Below are positions 1-13,146 of a stretch of 64,000 bases of DNA, piece after piece. The number at the start of each line of letters is the position of its first letter. The stretch's first letter is position 1. The notes beneath the pieces are model-generated. The model searched no databases. It had not been told where the DNA came from and saw nothing but the letters and a program-made list of their open reading frames with translations. This stretch comes from Octopus vulgaris (Eukaryota), in NCBI GenBank assembly GCA_951406725.2, contig OX597825.1, positions 81,530,001 through 81,594,000 of the forward strand. Reading direction: 5' to 3'. The position numbers and the translations under genes were made by a program.

Positions 1-100
1 CTTTAGCCATGACTATCCCATCGTCACCGTTATCATCATCATCATCATCATCATCATTATCATCGTCGTCGTCGTCGTCGTCATCATCATCACCGTCATA

Positions 101-163
<63 letters not shown>

Positions 164-206
164 GTTGTTGTTGTTGTTGTTGTTGTTGTTATTATTATTA
201 TTATTA

Positions 207-1020
207 GTGAGTGAGAGAGCTGTACATGCTATCAAAGTGACACTAGGGTTCAAATATACGAAGCCCAGCATACCCATTATGACCACCCGTCTGATGAGAG
301 TACACCAAGCATCATAACATGTGCGCGTCATGGTGATCTTATATCAAGATAAGCAGCGCACGACCTTGCAGGTGGGGCTCACAATTTTCTTCAGGTTGAG
401 TAGTCCAAGTCCTGAATAAGGGTCGTTTAAGGATGATGAACATAACATCCATGTTTCCAGAGGTGAATTATTCAAACCCCACATAATTCCTCTCAACACA
501 TGGCTATGATGCTCCCCCACTACTTCTACTGATCATCAGAGATGCACCTATCGTCAGCCACTAAGGGACATGCTCAACCGGTTAAGGTCAAACAACTGAC
601 AAGTAAATCTGTGGTATCTGAGAGCAGATCTTACATCTTCTACCTTGACACCCTCCCACTTTTGCTCCTCTAAGGAGTCCAAGTCTGTAGATATCCTATC
701 AATCAAAGGGGCCTTTTCGTTGTGTGTTTTTTCTTCAGCCTAAATTTTATTTCAAAATCCCTGCACTTCTTCTTTTCATGGTACAGACTTTAGAGTAACT
801 ATCTTCCTGTAAAAATGTTTGGGGTTATTTTTGAACATGTTGTTGCCCTTGAAGAATCTAACGCGCATTTCATACCTCGCCATGCGGGCAGCTTTAGCAG
901 ATACCTTTTGCTTCATGGTTTCTATGGTGGCATCAATATCAAGTATAGTTTTCATAAAATATTTTTTCTTTAATTTTTGGGTCGAAAGAGATGAAAATTT
1001 GACGGCGCCAATATGACTTC
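207..1020 (-). mobile_element. R4/Dong-like non-LTR retrotransposon remnant: pre-RT ORF segment (622-1020, with stop codons) joined to a putative 3' UTR (207-620) ending in an (AAT)n array
   Basis: The minus-strand translation KQKVSAKAARMARYEMRVRFFKGNNMFKNNPKHFYRKI...EEVQGF*NKI*AEEKTHNEKA resembles the conserved region upstream of RT in R4/Dong ORFs. The 3' end abuts TAA repeats, the known Dong target. The RT domain is absent. Confidence 0.7.
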
Positions 1021-1958
1021 TCATTCGAGTTCTTGAATCGCGACTTTGGTCATATTGGCAATGTGAGGACGGGATTTGTCGTGTTGTAGAAGAACGCCAT
1101 TCCGCTTATTCGGTCTCATTTGCTGAACTGCTTCGTTGAGTTGGTGCAGTTGTTGAACGTAGAGCTCTGCATTGAGTGTTTGGTTGCGCTCAAGCAGTTC
1201 GTAATGAATTATGCTTTCCCAACCCCACCATACACACAACATGGTCTTTCGAGGATGAAGGTCTTGTTTAACTTGCGGTGTTGCTTGTCTGTCGACGCTG
1301 AGCCATTCTTTTCGTTGCTTCGCTTTGACGTAAAAACACAATTTTTCATCGCCAGTGACAATGCGGTAAAGAAAACGCAGTTTGTGACCATGTGTTGAGT
1401 GATGTCGAACGAGAAAACTGGCGGCGATTGTGAATTTTTGTTGTTTTCGGTCAAAGTGTGTAGCACCCAAGCGCCAAGTTTCTGAGCCTTGCCCATTGAG
1501 TGAAGGTGGTTCACCACAGTTCTTTTTTTCATTGCATTCCATCCGCACCGCCAATTCTCTCGTCGTTTGGCATGGATTTCGTGAAAAACTCAATTGGTCG
1601 ACCGGTGTGTAATCCGTCCTTGAGGTCAAGATTCCCATTTTTGATGCGCGAAGTTCAACGGCGGGCGATACTTTGAGGCATTGCTCCTTCTCCATACACA
1701 GCAAAAATCGCTCAAACATGTTCGGTGGCTTTAATACCTCGATTAAATGCAAAAACAAAATGGTGTCGGAAATGCTCAGTTTTGTCCACTTGACATTCCA
1801 TTCTAATGATCTGAAAATACACAAATATCAATGAAATCAAAATATTAAAACATACTATCTTACAGGGCAAAATATTCTCTTTTAAATAACATCAAACATT
1901 TTGCCAATGCGCTTTTAAATTTGAAAAAAAAAATAACGCTCATGAATTATTCCTAATA
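1021..1958 (-). mobile_element. Mariner (DD34D-type) transposon relic; transposase frameshifted and C-terminally truncated
   Basis: Motifs RIVTGDEK, HPRKTMLCVWW, IIHYELL, LYVQQL and LLQHDKSRPH, plus LGAWVLHTLTE (WVPHEL-like) in a second frame. The YSPDLAP region is missing where the Dong fragment begins. A TIR-like end (tattaggaataattcatgagcg) lies next to TA repeats. Confidence 0.88.
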
Positions 1959-1972
1959 TATATATATGTATA

Positions 1973-2163
1973 TAGGGAGAGTTCACGAAAAAAACAAAAG
2001 ACGAAGACTGGTGGTGTACAAAACAAACAGATGTATTAGTATAATGCTCAGGAATTGAAAAAAGTCTTTTACATTTCGAGCCTACGCTCTTCTACAGAAA
2101 GGGACACAGAAAAAACAAGGAGAGAAAAAAATGTGTGTAGTGGCTAACGGTCTATCATGGCGG
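1973..2163 (-). mobile_element. ~190-bp dispersed repeat 'family D' with a hammerhead-like core (Penelope pLTR/retrozyme-like)
   Basis: Related copies at 18131-18243 (+), 26963-27105 (-), 29336-29408 (+) and 57566-57640 (+), all next to TA-rich or (TA)n sequence. This copy reads cttt-CTGTAGA-a-gagc-gtag-gctc-GAAA-tg-TA-aaag. Confidence 0.65.
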
Positions 2164-2756
2164 TATGTATGTATGTATGTATGTATGTATGTATGTATGT
2201 ATGTATGTATGTATTTATGTAGACACACACATACACACATACATACAGTAAGCTGAAATTTTTAAGTGAGTAGGTTGTTATTATAGCACCCGTTTTTTTT
2301 ACATAAAGTCTAACACTGTTTTTTCGTGCTTCTTATTATTTTAAATGTATTTATGAAGCGAGTGATTGCTATTAGATAAATAAATGATAGAAAAGGAAAT
2401 TAGATGTAAGATAGAAAACTTACACAAACCGGGAATCAGATTTGTAAATATTATTTAGCGATCAGCAGAAAACCACGCATTTGAAATTTGCTAAAGGGAT
2501 AGTCTTAGTAAAATGTAATTTTCAAGAGAGAGCGGCATAATTTGGGGGAAAAAAGTCAGAGGTGACATTGTTAGTATGGCCGTTTGTTATGCTATAGAAT
2601 GATCCTTGCTATATATCCATAAGATGATAACATAGATGAAGAGAGTAAAAGAATAAGAAAGAGAGTTGGAAAGTTGGAAAGAGAAAAGAAAAAAGAGACA
2701 TAAAAATTCATATTTCAACTTTCCGAAGAAACCAAAGCGTGAGTCCTTGGGTGTAA

Positions 2757-3068
2757 TTTTTATTTCATGCGCCCTTTTCAAGCCTAGCCAGCCTCATTGG
2801 CCCGGTTTCCCGGTTTCTATGGCGTAAGTGTTCGCCCCAGTTGGACGGGACGCCAGTCCATCGTAGCGTTACTCAAGAAACAGGAAGAAAGAGTGAGAGA
2901 AAGTTGGGGCGGAAGGGTACAACAGAGGTTGCCACCACCCCCAGTCGGAACCGAGTAGAGCTTTAGCTGCTTTAGCTCAATAAACACACAAGTCCCGGTA
3001 TGGGAATCGAAAGCGCGATCCTCCGACCACGAGTCCGCCGCCCTAACCACTGGGCCATTGCGTCTCCA
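2757..3068 (-). mobile_element. tRNA-derived SINE family C (tail variant 1)
   Basis: tRNA-like head on the minus strand (tggcccagtggttagggcggcggactcgtggtcggaggatcgcgctttcgattccca; A/B-box-like). The body is shared with 39277-39536 and 49315-49683. Confidence 0.8.
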
Positions 3069-3106
3069 CAATTCTGCGTATATCCATGAGTATTTAATCG
3101 ACTTAT

Positions 3107-3580
3107 TTAATAAACCCCGAAAGGATGAATTTGAACTCAGAACGTAGCGACAGACGAAATACCTATTTCTTTACTACCCACAAAGAGCTAAACACAGAGA
3201 GGACAAACAAGGACAGACAAAGGGATTAAGTCGATTATATCGACCCCAGTGCGTAACTGGTACTTAATTTATCGACCCCGAAAGGATGAAAGGCAAAGTT
3301 GACCTCGGCGGAATTTGAACTCAGAACGTAACAGCAGACGAAATACCTATTTCTTTACTACCCACAAGGGGCTAAACAAGGAGGAAACAAACAAGAACAG
3401 ACAGACGGATTAAGTCGATTATATCGACACCAGTGCGTAACTGGTCCTTAATTTATCGACCCTGAAAGGATGAAAGGCAAAGTCGACCCCGGCGGAATTT
3501 GAACTCAGAACGTAGCAGCAGACGAAATACTGCTAAGCGTTTCACCCGGCACGCTAACGATTCTGCCAACTCGCCGCCCT
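3107..3580 (-). mobile_element. SINE family A, tandem multimer (one headed unit plus head-less units of ~180 bp)
   Basis: Head ggcggcgagttggcagaatcgttagcg...gttctgagttcaaattcc (B-box GTTCAAAT), core gcctttcatcctttcggggtcgataaattaagtaccag. Units are joined at agtaaagaaata|ggtatttcgtc. Confidence 0.85.
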
Positions 3581-4226
3581 TGACATAAGCAAATAACTGT
3601 ACCCATCACAGCAACAGCAACAAGAAGAGCAAGAAGAAGAAGAACGACAACAACAACAGCAGAAGCAACAACAACAACAATAACAAGATTTGTAAGGAAA
3701 AATATGAAAAGAGTATTATTACGTAAACAACAATATTATCGACATAAAACAAAAACAGCAAAAACAGAAATAAAAAAAACCATTTGAAACGAGAATAAAA
3801 TAACAACGCGAGAATATAAACAAGAGCATTATTAACAAAATTAACATTATCAACAACAACAACAACAACAACATCTGCAAGCAGGATGTAAGAACAATAA
3901 CTTTACAAAATCAAACATATTATCAAAAGAAAAAAAAAAACAAAACATTATTATTAACGGCATAAGCGACAACAACAAAAAGCAATATTGTTATTAATGG
4001 CATAAGCGACAAAACAAGAACCACAACAACAACAACAACAAAAAAAAATGCCCTTATAAGCTTTTGTATATTGTTACGATATTATCACTGCCTACGCTGG
4101 TATTACAGCTGTTACTGATAATGTTTTTATTAACGAAACAACAGCAATGATATCAAAGCTGTGTGTATATATCAATGATAATATGATCGTTACGTAAAAG
4201 GAAAGAAAAAAATATATATATCTGTG

Positions 4227-4258
<32 letters not shown>

Positions 4259-4413
4259 GAACGAAGTCAGCGATCTAATGAGATCTTTCCTCACAGAGTG
4301 TTAACTCTCTTACGCAATGGATGTTTACAATTGTATATGCATCAGCTCTCTCTCTCTAATACACTAAAGGAGGAGATCAGAATACGGGTACATGTGCGTA
4401 CGTATGATGTATA

Positions 4414-4457
<44 letters not shown>

Positions 4458-4459
4458 TA

Positions 4460-4494
<35 letters not shown>

Positions 4495-4610
4495 ATGTTC
4501 CTTGCAGTATCCTGTTTGAGGGTGAGTTCCTCTATGTGTGTAGGTGTATGCTTGTTCCTCGAGTCTCCTCAGTAACTGTATATATATACATATATATATA
4601 CACATATATA

Positions 4611-4676
<66 letters not shown>

Positions 4677-4684
4677 TATGTATG

Positions 4685-4733
<49 letters not shown>

Positions 4734-4865
4734 ATATGCCTAATTGTGCGTGTAAGCACACCTGCATATATTTACGAAATGGATATAAGTAATATTATAT
4801 TATGCACATGCGCATAAAGCACGCACAAATACATAAATACAAAACACACGCATATATGAATGTGC

Positions 4866-4904
<39 letters not shown>

Positions 4905-5145
4905 TGTGTTTGCGTCTGCACGGGGACTTCCTACATACATAACTATACACATTCTCACATTCCATTACACACGTACGGGTTCGATTCAACATGCAAAACA
5001 ATGTGATTATAACACACACATACATACATACATACATACATACATACATACATACATACATACATACACATATATATATATATGCATGTATGTGTCTGTA
5101 TAGCTGTATATCTATGTATATATATATATTAATTCATATGCATAA

Positions 5146-5633
<488 letters not shown>

Positions 5634-5897
5634 TTAGGCTTTCATCAATATAGCGTATCAATAAGTGTGTGTGTATCATTCATATGCTTATTTAGATGTG
5701 AATGTAGCGTAAAATTAAGAAGCAGATCGAAACGACCTCTGCACCTGAGCGCAACTTAATGTTAAAAGCGATTCCATGGAAAACATGCTTCACTCATCCA
5801 GTTGACGACATTTTTATTTTCTTCTTCTTTTTCATGTCTCTTGCAGCGATTGATTTTCAAAAATCACTCGTTATTATACATACATATATAAATATAA

Positions 5898-5957
<60 letters not shown>

Positions 5958-6027
5958 GATAGATGTAGACAGATAGATGTCAGTGTGTGGATGCATATAT
6001 ACGCATATATATGTATGTAGATATGGT

Positions 6028-6070
<43 letters not shown>

Positions 6071-6214
6071 CCTTTGATATTTCTTCCATATTATTTTTAC
6101 ATTGCACTTTAATTTTGCATTTAATGCATTTGCAGATTTACAGCATTTACTAGAAATTATGTAAAATATATTTGTTATGCATTCATAAACATACATAATA
6201 CATATATATAAATG

Positions 6215-6246
<32 letters not shown>

Positions 6247-6323
6247 AAAACGTACATATGTGTGTATTCATACATATATATACATATACAAAAGCATATA
6301 TATGTTTGTCTGTCTGTGTATTT

Positions 6324-6417
<94 letters not shown>

Positions 6418-6644
6418 ATGGGTGTATATATATGTATATATATTCTGTTGGCGAATTACTTGTAGTGTTTGACATTTGATGCGTGGTTCTGTTGTTTTTA
6501 CCAAATTACATGAGTTTGCGGTTAATATGCAAGTGTGTATATAACGATGCATATATGTCTATGTATGTAAATATGAATGTATTTCTGAGCGTATATTTTT
6601 CAGGTTTAACAATCGTTGCAAATGTCCATCAATTATATATATTT

Positions 6645-6835
6645 ATACATGCATACATGCATACATACATTCATACATACATACATACATACATACATAC
6701 ATACATACACACACATACATACATACATACATACATACATACATACATACATACATACATACATACATACATACATACATACATACATACATACATACAT
6801 ACGTACATACATACATACATACGTACATACATACA

Positions 6836-6870
<35 letters not shown>

Positions 6871-6900
6871 CTATATATACATATGTACATACATACATAC
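6645..6900. repeat. (TACA)n tetranucleotide array
   Basis: Direct reading of the sequence. Confidence 0.95.
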
Positions 6901-7032
6901 ATATATATGTATATATATATACATATATACATACATACATATTTACATATGCACATACACATATATACATAGATGTATCAATTTTTATGAATGTGTATAT
7001 GTATGTACATACACACTCATACACACACATAC

Positions 7033-7076
<44 letters not shown>

Positions 7077-7556
7077 TATACATGATTCACACATACACAC
7101 ATATACAAATACGCCCACATATATGTACATATGTACGCATGTATATACGTAGATAATGTAATATAAAATTGGATATGTTGCCACGTAAATCGCATCAGTT
7201 ATTTGGTACAATCGTCTCCGTTCTTCTGTTCTCTTTTATCCAATAATTTTAATATCATATTTCTGTTCAATTTCTTTACCAATTTCCACACATGGTTTTG
7301 TATATAGCATTTTCCCAGAGTAGTTATTTACCATATTTCATGAAGTTTTTTTTTTTTGTTTTACTATTATTGGGTTTTTTCCCCGTTTGTCCATAGATAC
7401 TTCCTGGTTTGGCGATTCACAAATCTGCATTAAACTAGAAAAGTACCGCCAGGAACGGGTCAGTGAGAAACAGAGTTACATACACACACACACACACACA
7501 CACACAGCACTCACATTTACACCCACGAGCAAAGACGCTCGTGCACATATATATTC

Positions 7557-7597
<41 letters not shown>

Positions 7598-7726
7598 ATC
7601 TCCTTCTCTCAATATAATATAATATGATATGTCTCGAGGTAGATAGACAGACAGGTAGAAAGATAGACAGACAAACAGATAGATAAATAGATAGATTGAC
7701 AGACAGACAGGCAAATAGATAGATAG

Positions 7727-7774
<48 letters not shown>

Positions 7775-7780
7775 GCAGAC

Positions 7781-7834
<54 letters not shown>

Positions 7835-7893
7835 CTAGATAGGTAGACATACAGACAGACAGACAGGCAGACAGATAGATAGACAGATAGACG

Positions 7894-7987
<94 letters not shown>

Positions 7988-8101
7988 CAGATAGATAGAC
8001 AGATAGATATATAGATATATTGATAGATAGATTGATAGATAGACAGACAGATATAGATAGATAGATATAGACAGATAGATAGATAAATAGATAGATAGAT
8101 A

Positions 8102-8324
<223 letters not shown>

Positions 8325-8340
8325 TATAGATAGATAGATA

Positions 8341-9365
8341 TGTTTCTTTATTAGCCACACAGGGCTGAACACAGAGGGGACAAATTACAAAGTAGAGCTT
8401 TTCTTTTTGGGGAGAAAAAGTAAGTCATGTAGGTTTTCGATCAAAAGGGATCGTAAAAAGGAAAGAAACAAACGATCAATAGGGATCGTGTATCACAGAA
8501 ATGTCATGGTGTAAAGTGTAAAGTGGGAAGCAGATAAGGTTTATCCGTGGAAAAGACAACGGTAACCTCGGAAAAGACCACGGTAACCTCGGTCAATAAG
8601 ATCACATGTTAACACATTTGTTTGCAAGTAAGTAACTCTCTGTTTTAAATTTTTCCGGGTTCATAGGATTATGCTCAAGGTAGCTTCGTCATTCATACGT
8701 GCCATCCTTGCTACATTCACCCATCTTTTTTTAAAACACTCGCTAGACAAAACTTGCCTCTCTACTCTCACTTTCCTTTTCAAGTGATACTTGAAGAAGT
8801 TGATGAGAGATTGACCAGAGAGGAAAGTGTTTGTCTCCAATCCTTTCAGACGCGTCCACCAGATACATTCTTTCGCCATAGCCACAAGAATGATGAAAAT
8901 AGATCTTCCTTCCCGTTTGAAGGCGTGACAATATATTGACGATAGACTCGGCTGATAAACCGACTCGTCTCACACGGGACAGCAGTCGGTCAACATAAGC
9001 CCACAGGTCGGAAATGGTTGGACACTGCACGAGTGCGTGCAGAACGGTTTCGTCGCTCTGACCGCATCTCGGGCAGGTCGGCCCCGTGTTTCTCGAGCCG
9101 TGTCTGTAGAGCTTCTCGATAGCACTATAAGGCCAGGGATGTTTGGAAGTTGTCCATAGGTCCCGGCTCAAAAGTCGTCTTGAACAGGCGGATCAGGTAT
9201 TCCTTGTCGACGCCCAGGTTCGCGTCGAGCTCGTCGTCATACCTCCGTTCCACTAATCTCCTATAGGATGCTTTGGTTGTTTTGTAGTCGCTCAAGGTCG
9301 ACCCGGGTTGGCATAGTTGCTCGAGAGCAACGCGACACTCACGGTACCATTCGCCCCACCCGGCC
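8341..9365 (-). mobile_element. Tx1/L1-clade LINE 3' fragment: ORF2 C-terminus with CCHC zinc knuckle, plus 3' UTR, ending at (TATC)n
   Basis: [18 protein letters not shown] (zf-RVT type) continues after a frameshift into AKECIWWTR...FKKRW, with the stop at 8661. The 3' UTR ends aataaagaaaca followed by (tatc)n. Confidence 0.85.
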
Positions 9366-10284
9366 TCTTTATATATATAGTAGGGTTTAATGTTATAGAA
9401 TTATAAATGCGTTTGATCTGTGCCTACATAGGTCTCTGTGTGTGTGTTTGTGTGTGATGCGAAAGAGGAGAGGGAAAGAAACAAGAGGAGAGACAAGAAG
9501 AGAGATAGAGAGGGAGGGGGAGAAGGAGAGATTTTGTGTTTTGTGTATGCTTTTCCTTGTTTCCATTTATGCAGCTGAAAGCATATCAAACTATCCAATT
9601 GGCCTGTATCTCTCTCTCTCTCTCTCTCTCTCTCTTTATCTATCTATCTATTTATACACACACACACATATATACATATGTATGCTACATATTTAAATGC
9701 ATAATACATATACACACATATTTATACGTGCGCGTACATTCACACATCCGTATATTCATACATACATGCATGTATACATGCATACAGACAAACAGACTGA
9801 TCGACAGATAGCTATAGATGTAAAAACACTCACACGAATATACGCATACACACGGAGTTATTTTTACTGTCGTTCGATCTCTCATCTCTTCTTCCCAATG
9901 TTTTAAAGCATGTCCTCGACAGCATCATTTCATCATTAATTATGTATTGACCAATAAACTAACGACTAAATAACAGTTATATATGTCTGTGTGTATGTGT
10001 GTCTATGTATGTGTGTCTGTGTATCATACTTTTGTTGTGGCGCCATTTTGTTTCTATTATATTCCTCTATTAGTTTAGAAAACTGCATTATTCTCATCTA
10101 TTGTTCCTCAAGTAGATATGAAGCAACCAGTTTGCCTCACTGTCGCTTGTCACTGTTCGCCATTTGTGAAGTTTTCTATATTTTTAATGCTTTTTTTTTC
10201 ATTATTTTCTCTGCGGTCTTTTCTTAATTTCCTTTTCATCTTTTTCTCTGTGGTCTCCATTTTGTCTGTCTCCCATCCTGTATT

Positions 10285-10339
<55 letters not shown>

Positions 10340-10430
10340 CTCATATTTTATCTGCCTATAAATTTTTATTGCTTCTTTTTCTTCTTTCTGACCTTCCCAC
10401 TTCTTTTATCGCTTGGGTTCCTCCCCAATA

Positions 10431-10462
<32 letters not shown>

Positions 10463-10714
10463 CTCTCTATCTCTGTCTATCTATATGTGTCTTTCTAAAC
10501 TACGTTCTATCTCTACTTCTAAGTCTCTGCATATCCAATGCTCTGTCGGTCGACATGTCCATAAAAAAACGATGCGAGCTGTGTTTAACCATAGCCTTAC
10601 ATCCTAGCCGGAGTGTACCCTACATTTTACCACAGCTACCCAGCTACCCATAACATCGTTTCCTCCATCCACTAATATATCCAAACCAACGAGCGAAGCT
10701 TTCATGCATATTGC

Positions 10715-10900
10715 AAGCCGGACAAAATGATTAGCTGCGTTTTGTCCGTCTTCACGTTCTAAGTTCAAATTCAGCCGAGGTCGCCTTTGCCTTTCATCCT
10801 TTCATGGTTGATAAAATAAATACCATTTAAGCACTGGGTTCGATATGATCGACTTACCCCTCCTCCGAAATTACAGGCCCTGCACCAAAATTTCGGACCA
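10715..10900 (+). mobile_element. SINE family A, older subfamily with an alternative tail
   Basis: Core gttcaaattcagccgaggtcgcctttgcctttcatcc; tail cccctcc..aaattacaggccctgcaccaaaattt. Confidence 0.75.
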
Positions 10901-11424
10901 ATATCTCTTCCTTGTTAGAAACGTTAGCTTTTTATAGGATTATAAAGTCTGTGATGCAGGATTATAAAGTTTTCTAGGATTATAAAAATCTGTGGAGTAG
11001 GATTATTAAGTTTTCTAGGATTATAAAGTTCCATGTGCTGTTTAGGGTCTCTGTTGGCAGTTTATCCAAAAAATGTACGTAGTTTCTTTTCTCATATGTT
11101 CGGTTATTTTGTCCATGTCTCCCGTACGATTCAATAATTCCTATGTTCGAAGCATTTTCCACATCATTTACGGTCTTGTTTTCCGGTCTTGTTTTACGGT
11201 CGCTCTGTCAAGTTTCTGGAAGCCGAGGTGGCGCTGCTCATCCTGCCATCTCGTTCGTCGTTGACTCTACAATCACTCTAGGGTCCTTGCAATCACTGTA
11301 GGATTGAACTGCCCATCGGAGGTTGAATAACGTGTCTCAAACAGCTTCTGCCCATCACTAATGAAAGGCTCATGTTATGTCAATGGATCGTGAGAGGAGT
11401 TGTCTGAAAAAAAGCTTCAGTTTT

Positions 11425-11615
11425 CAGAAGAATCGTTAGAAAGCCGGAGAAAATACTTAGCAGCATCCCGTACGTATTCACGTTCTGAGTTCAAATTTCG
11501 CCGAGGTCGACTTTACTTTTCATCCTTTCGTGGTCGTACCAGTTGAACACTGGGGACGATGTAATCGACTCATCCTCTCCACGGAACTCGCTGACCTTGT
11601 GCAACAATATGAACT
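11425..11615 (+). mobile_element. SINE family A, older subfamily
   Basis: gttctgagttcaaatttcgccgaggtcgactttacttttcatcctttcg core. Confidence 0.75.
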
Positions 11616-11621
11616 ATTATT

Positions 11622-11858
11622 ATTACCTATTTCTTTACTACTCACAAGGGGCTAAACACAGAGGAGACAAACAAGGACAGACAAACGGATTAAGTCGATT
11701 ACATCGACCCCAGTGCGTAACTGGTACTTAATTTATCGAACCCGAAAGGATGAAAGGCAAAGTCGACCTTGGCGGAATTTGAACTCAGAACGTAACGGCA
11801 GACGAAATAAGGCTACGCATTTCGCCCGGGGTGCTAACAGTTCTGCCAGCTCGCCACC
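11622..11858 (-). mobile_element. SINE family A, young full-length monomer
   Basis: Complete head, core and tail ending aaagaaataggta. Confidence 0.85.
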
Positions 11859-12077
11859 TTTTATTATTATTATTACCATTTGATAAGGCGTACGCACACG
11901 TACGCACATACAAACACATTTATGTATGTATATATATATATATATATATAGAAGGCATATAGACTGATAGATACATAGATACATGCCTACATACCTAACT
12001 ATACACCACCCACTTACATTCATACATACACATATATGCATATATATTTGCATGCATATATATATATATATAAAATG

Positions 12078-12628
<551 letters not shown>

Positions 12629-12776
12629 TTTTTGACTAATTCTGAAATTGTATCAGCAGTTTATATTTGCTGCTGAGTAGTTGGCGCGGTTACGCTGGAT
12701 TTCGAAAAATTAGGATATATATACTCGGGGCTTCAGTGGTATCGCCTCGTGTGTATATGTTCGCCTTCTCTTTTGG

Positions 12777-12875
12777 GACTTTGCTGATGAAACAAACCAA
12801 TCGTAAACGGATTTAATTTAATTTAATTAAGTTCGATTGCGTAAAAATTGTTGAAACCTTGCAGGGTAAAAAGTT
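12777..12875 (+). ncRNA. Type I hammerhead ribozyme-like motif with extended stem II
   Basis: gacttt-g CTGATGA aacaa...caatcg...cgattg...ttgtt GAAA ccttgcaggg TA a-aaagtt. Stems I-III pair by eye, with one mismatch at the base of stem I; the cleavage triplet is GUA. Confidence 0.6.
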
Positions 12876-13107
12876 GAAAAGGATAAACGTTTTTATTTCT
12901 CCTTTAGCTTTCAGAATTACTACTATTTTTGCGGTTTGAGTTTTGGCTGCTCTTTTCAAGTGAGTCGAATGACCTGTAAGGGTCTTTCCTTAATATTTTG
13001 TTGAATATATTATATAGTCTGTGACTATTTCTATTTTCTCACTTGACCGCTGGTTGAAGAAAATTTTTCTTGAATTTTTTCTTGAATTTTTTTGCTACCC
13101 TATATTG

Positions 13108-13142
<35 letters not shown>

Positions 13143-13146
<4 letters not shown>

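Noticed and set aside
3000-3066. tRNA gene candidates (also 13178, 39470 and 49630)
   Set aside because: These are tRNA-derived SINE heads that continue into a shared SINE body; no complete cloverleaf or terminator.
3107-3580. Regularly spaced repeats suggesting a CRISPR array
   Set aside because: Whole ~180-bp SINE units repeat with no unique spacers; eukaryotic context with no cas genes.
10930-11030. Repeated (t)aggattataaa units at ~21-bp spacing; short direct duplications at 8550-8592, 28062-28108, 48610-48663 and 56680-56722
   Set aside because: Ordinary local slippage duplications with no further structure.
11130-11405. Possible minus-strand exon after ttttttcAG
   Set aside because: All three frames stop within ~11 codons; at most a terminal exon/UTR, and unsupported.
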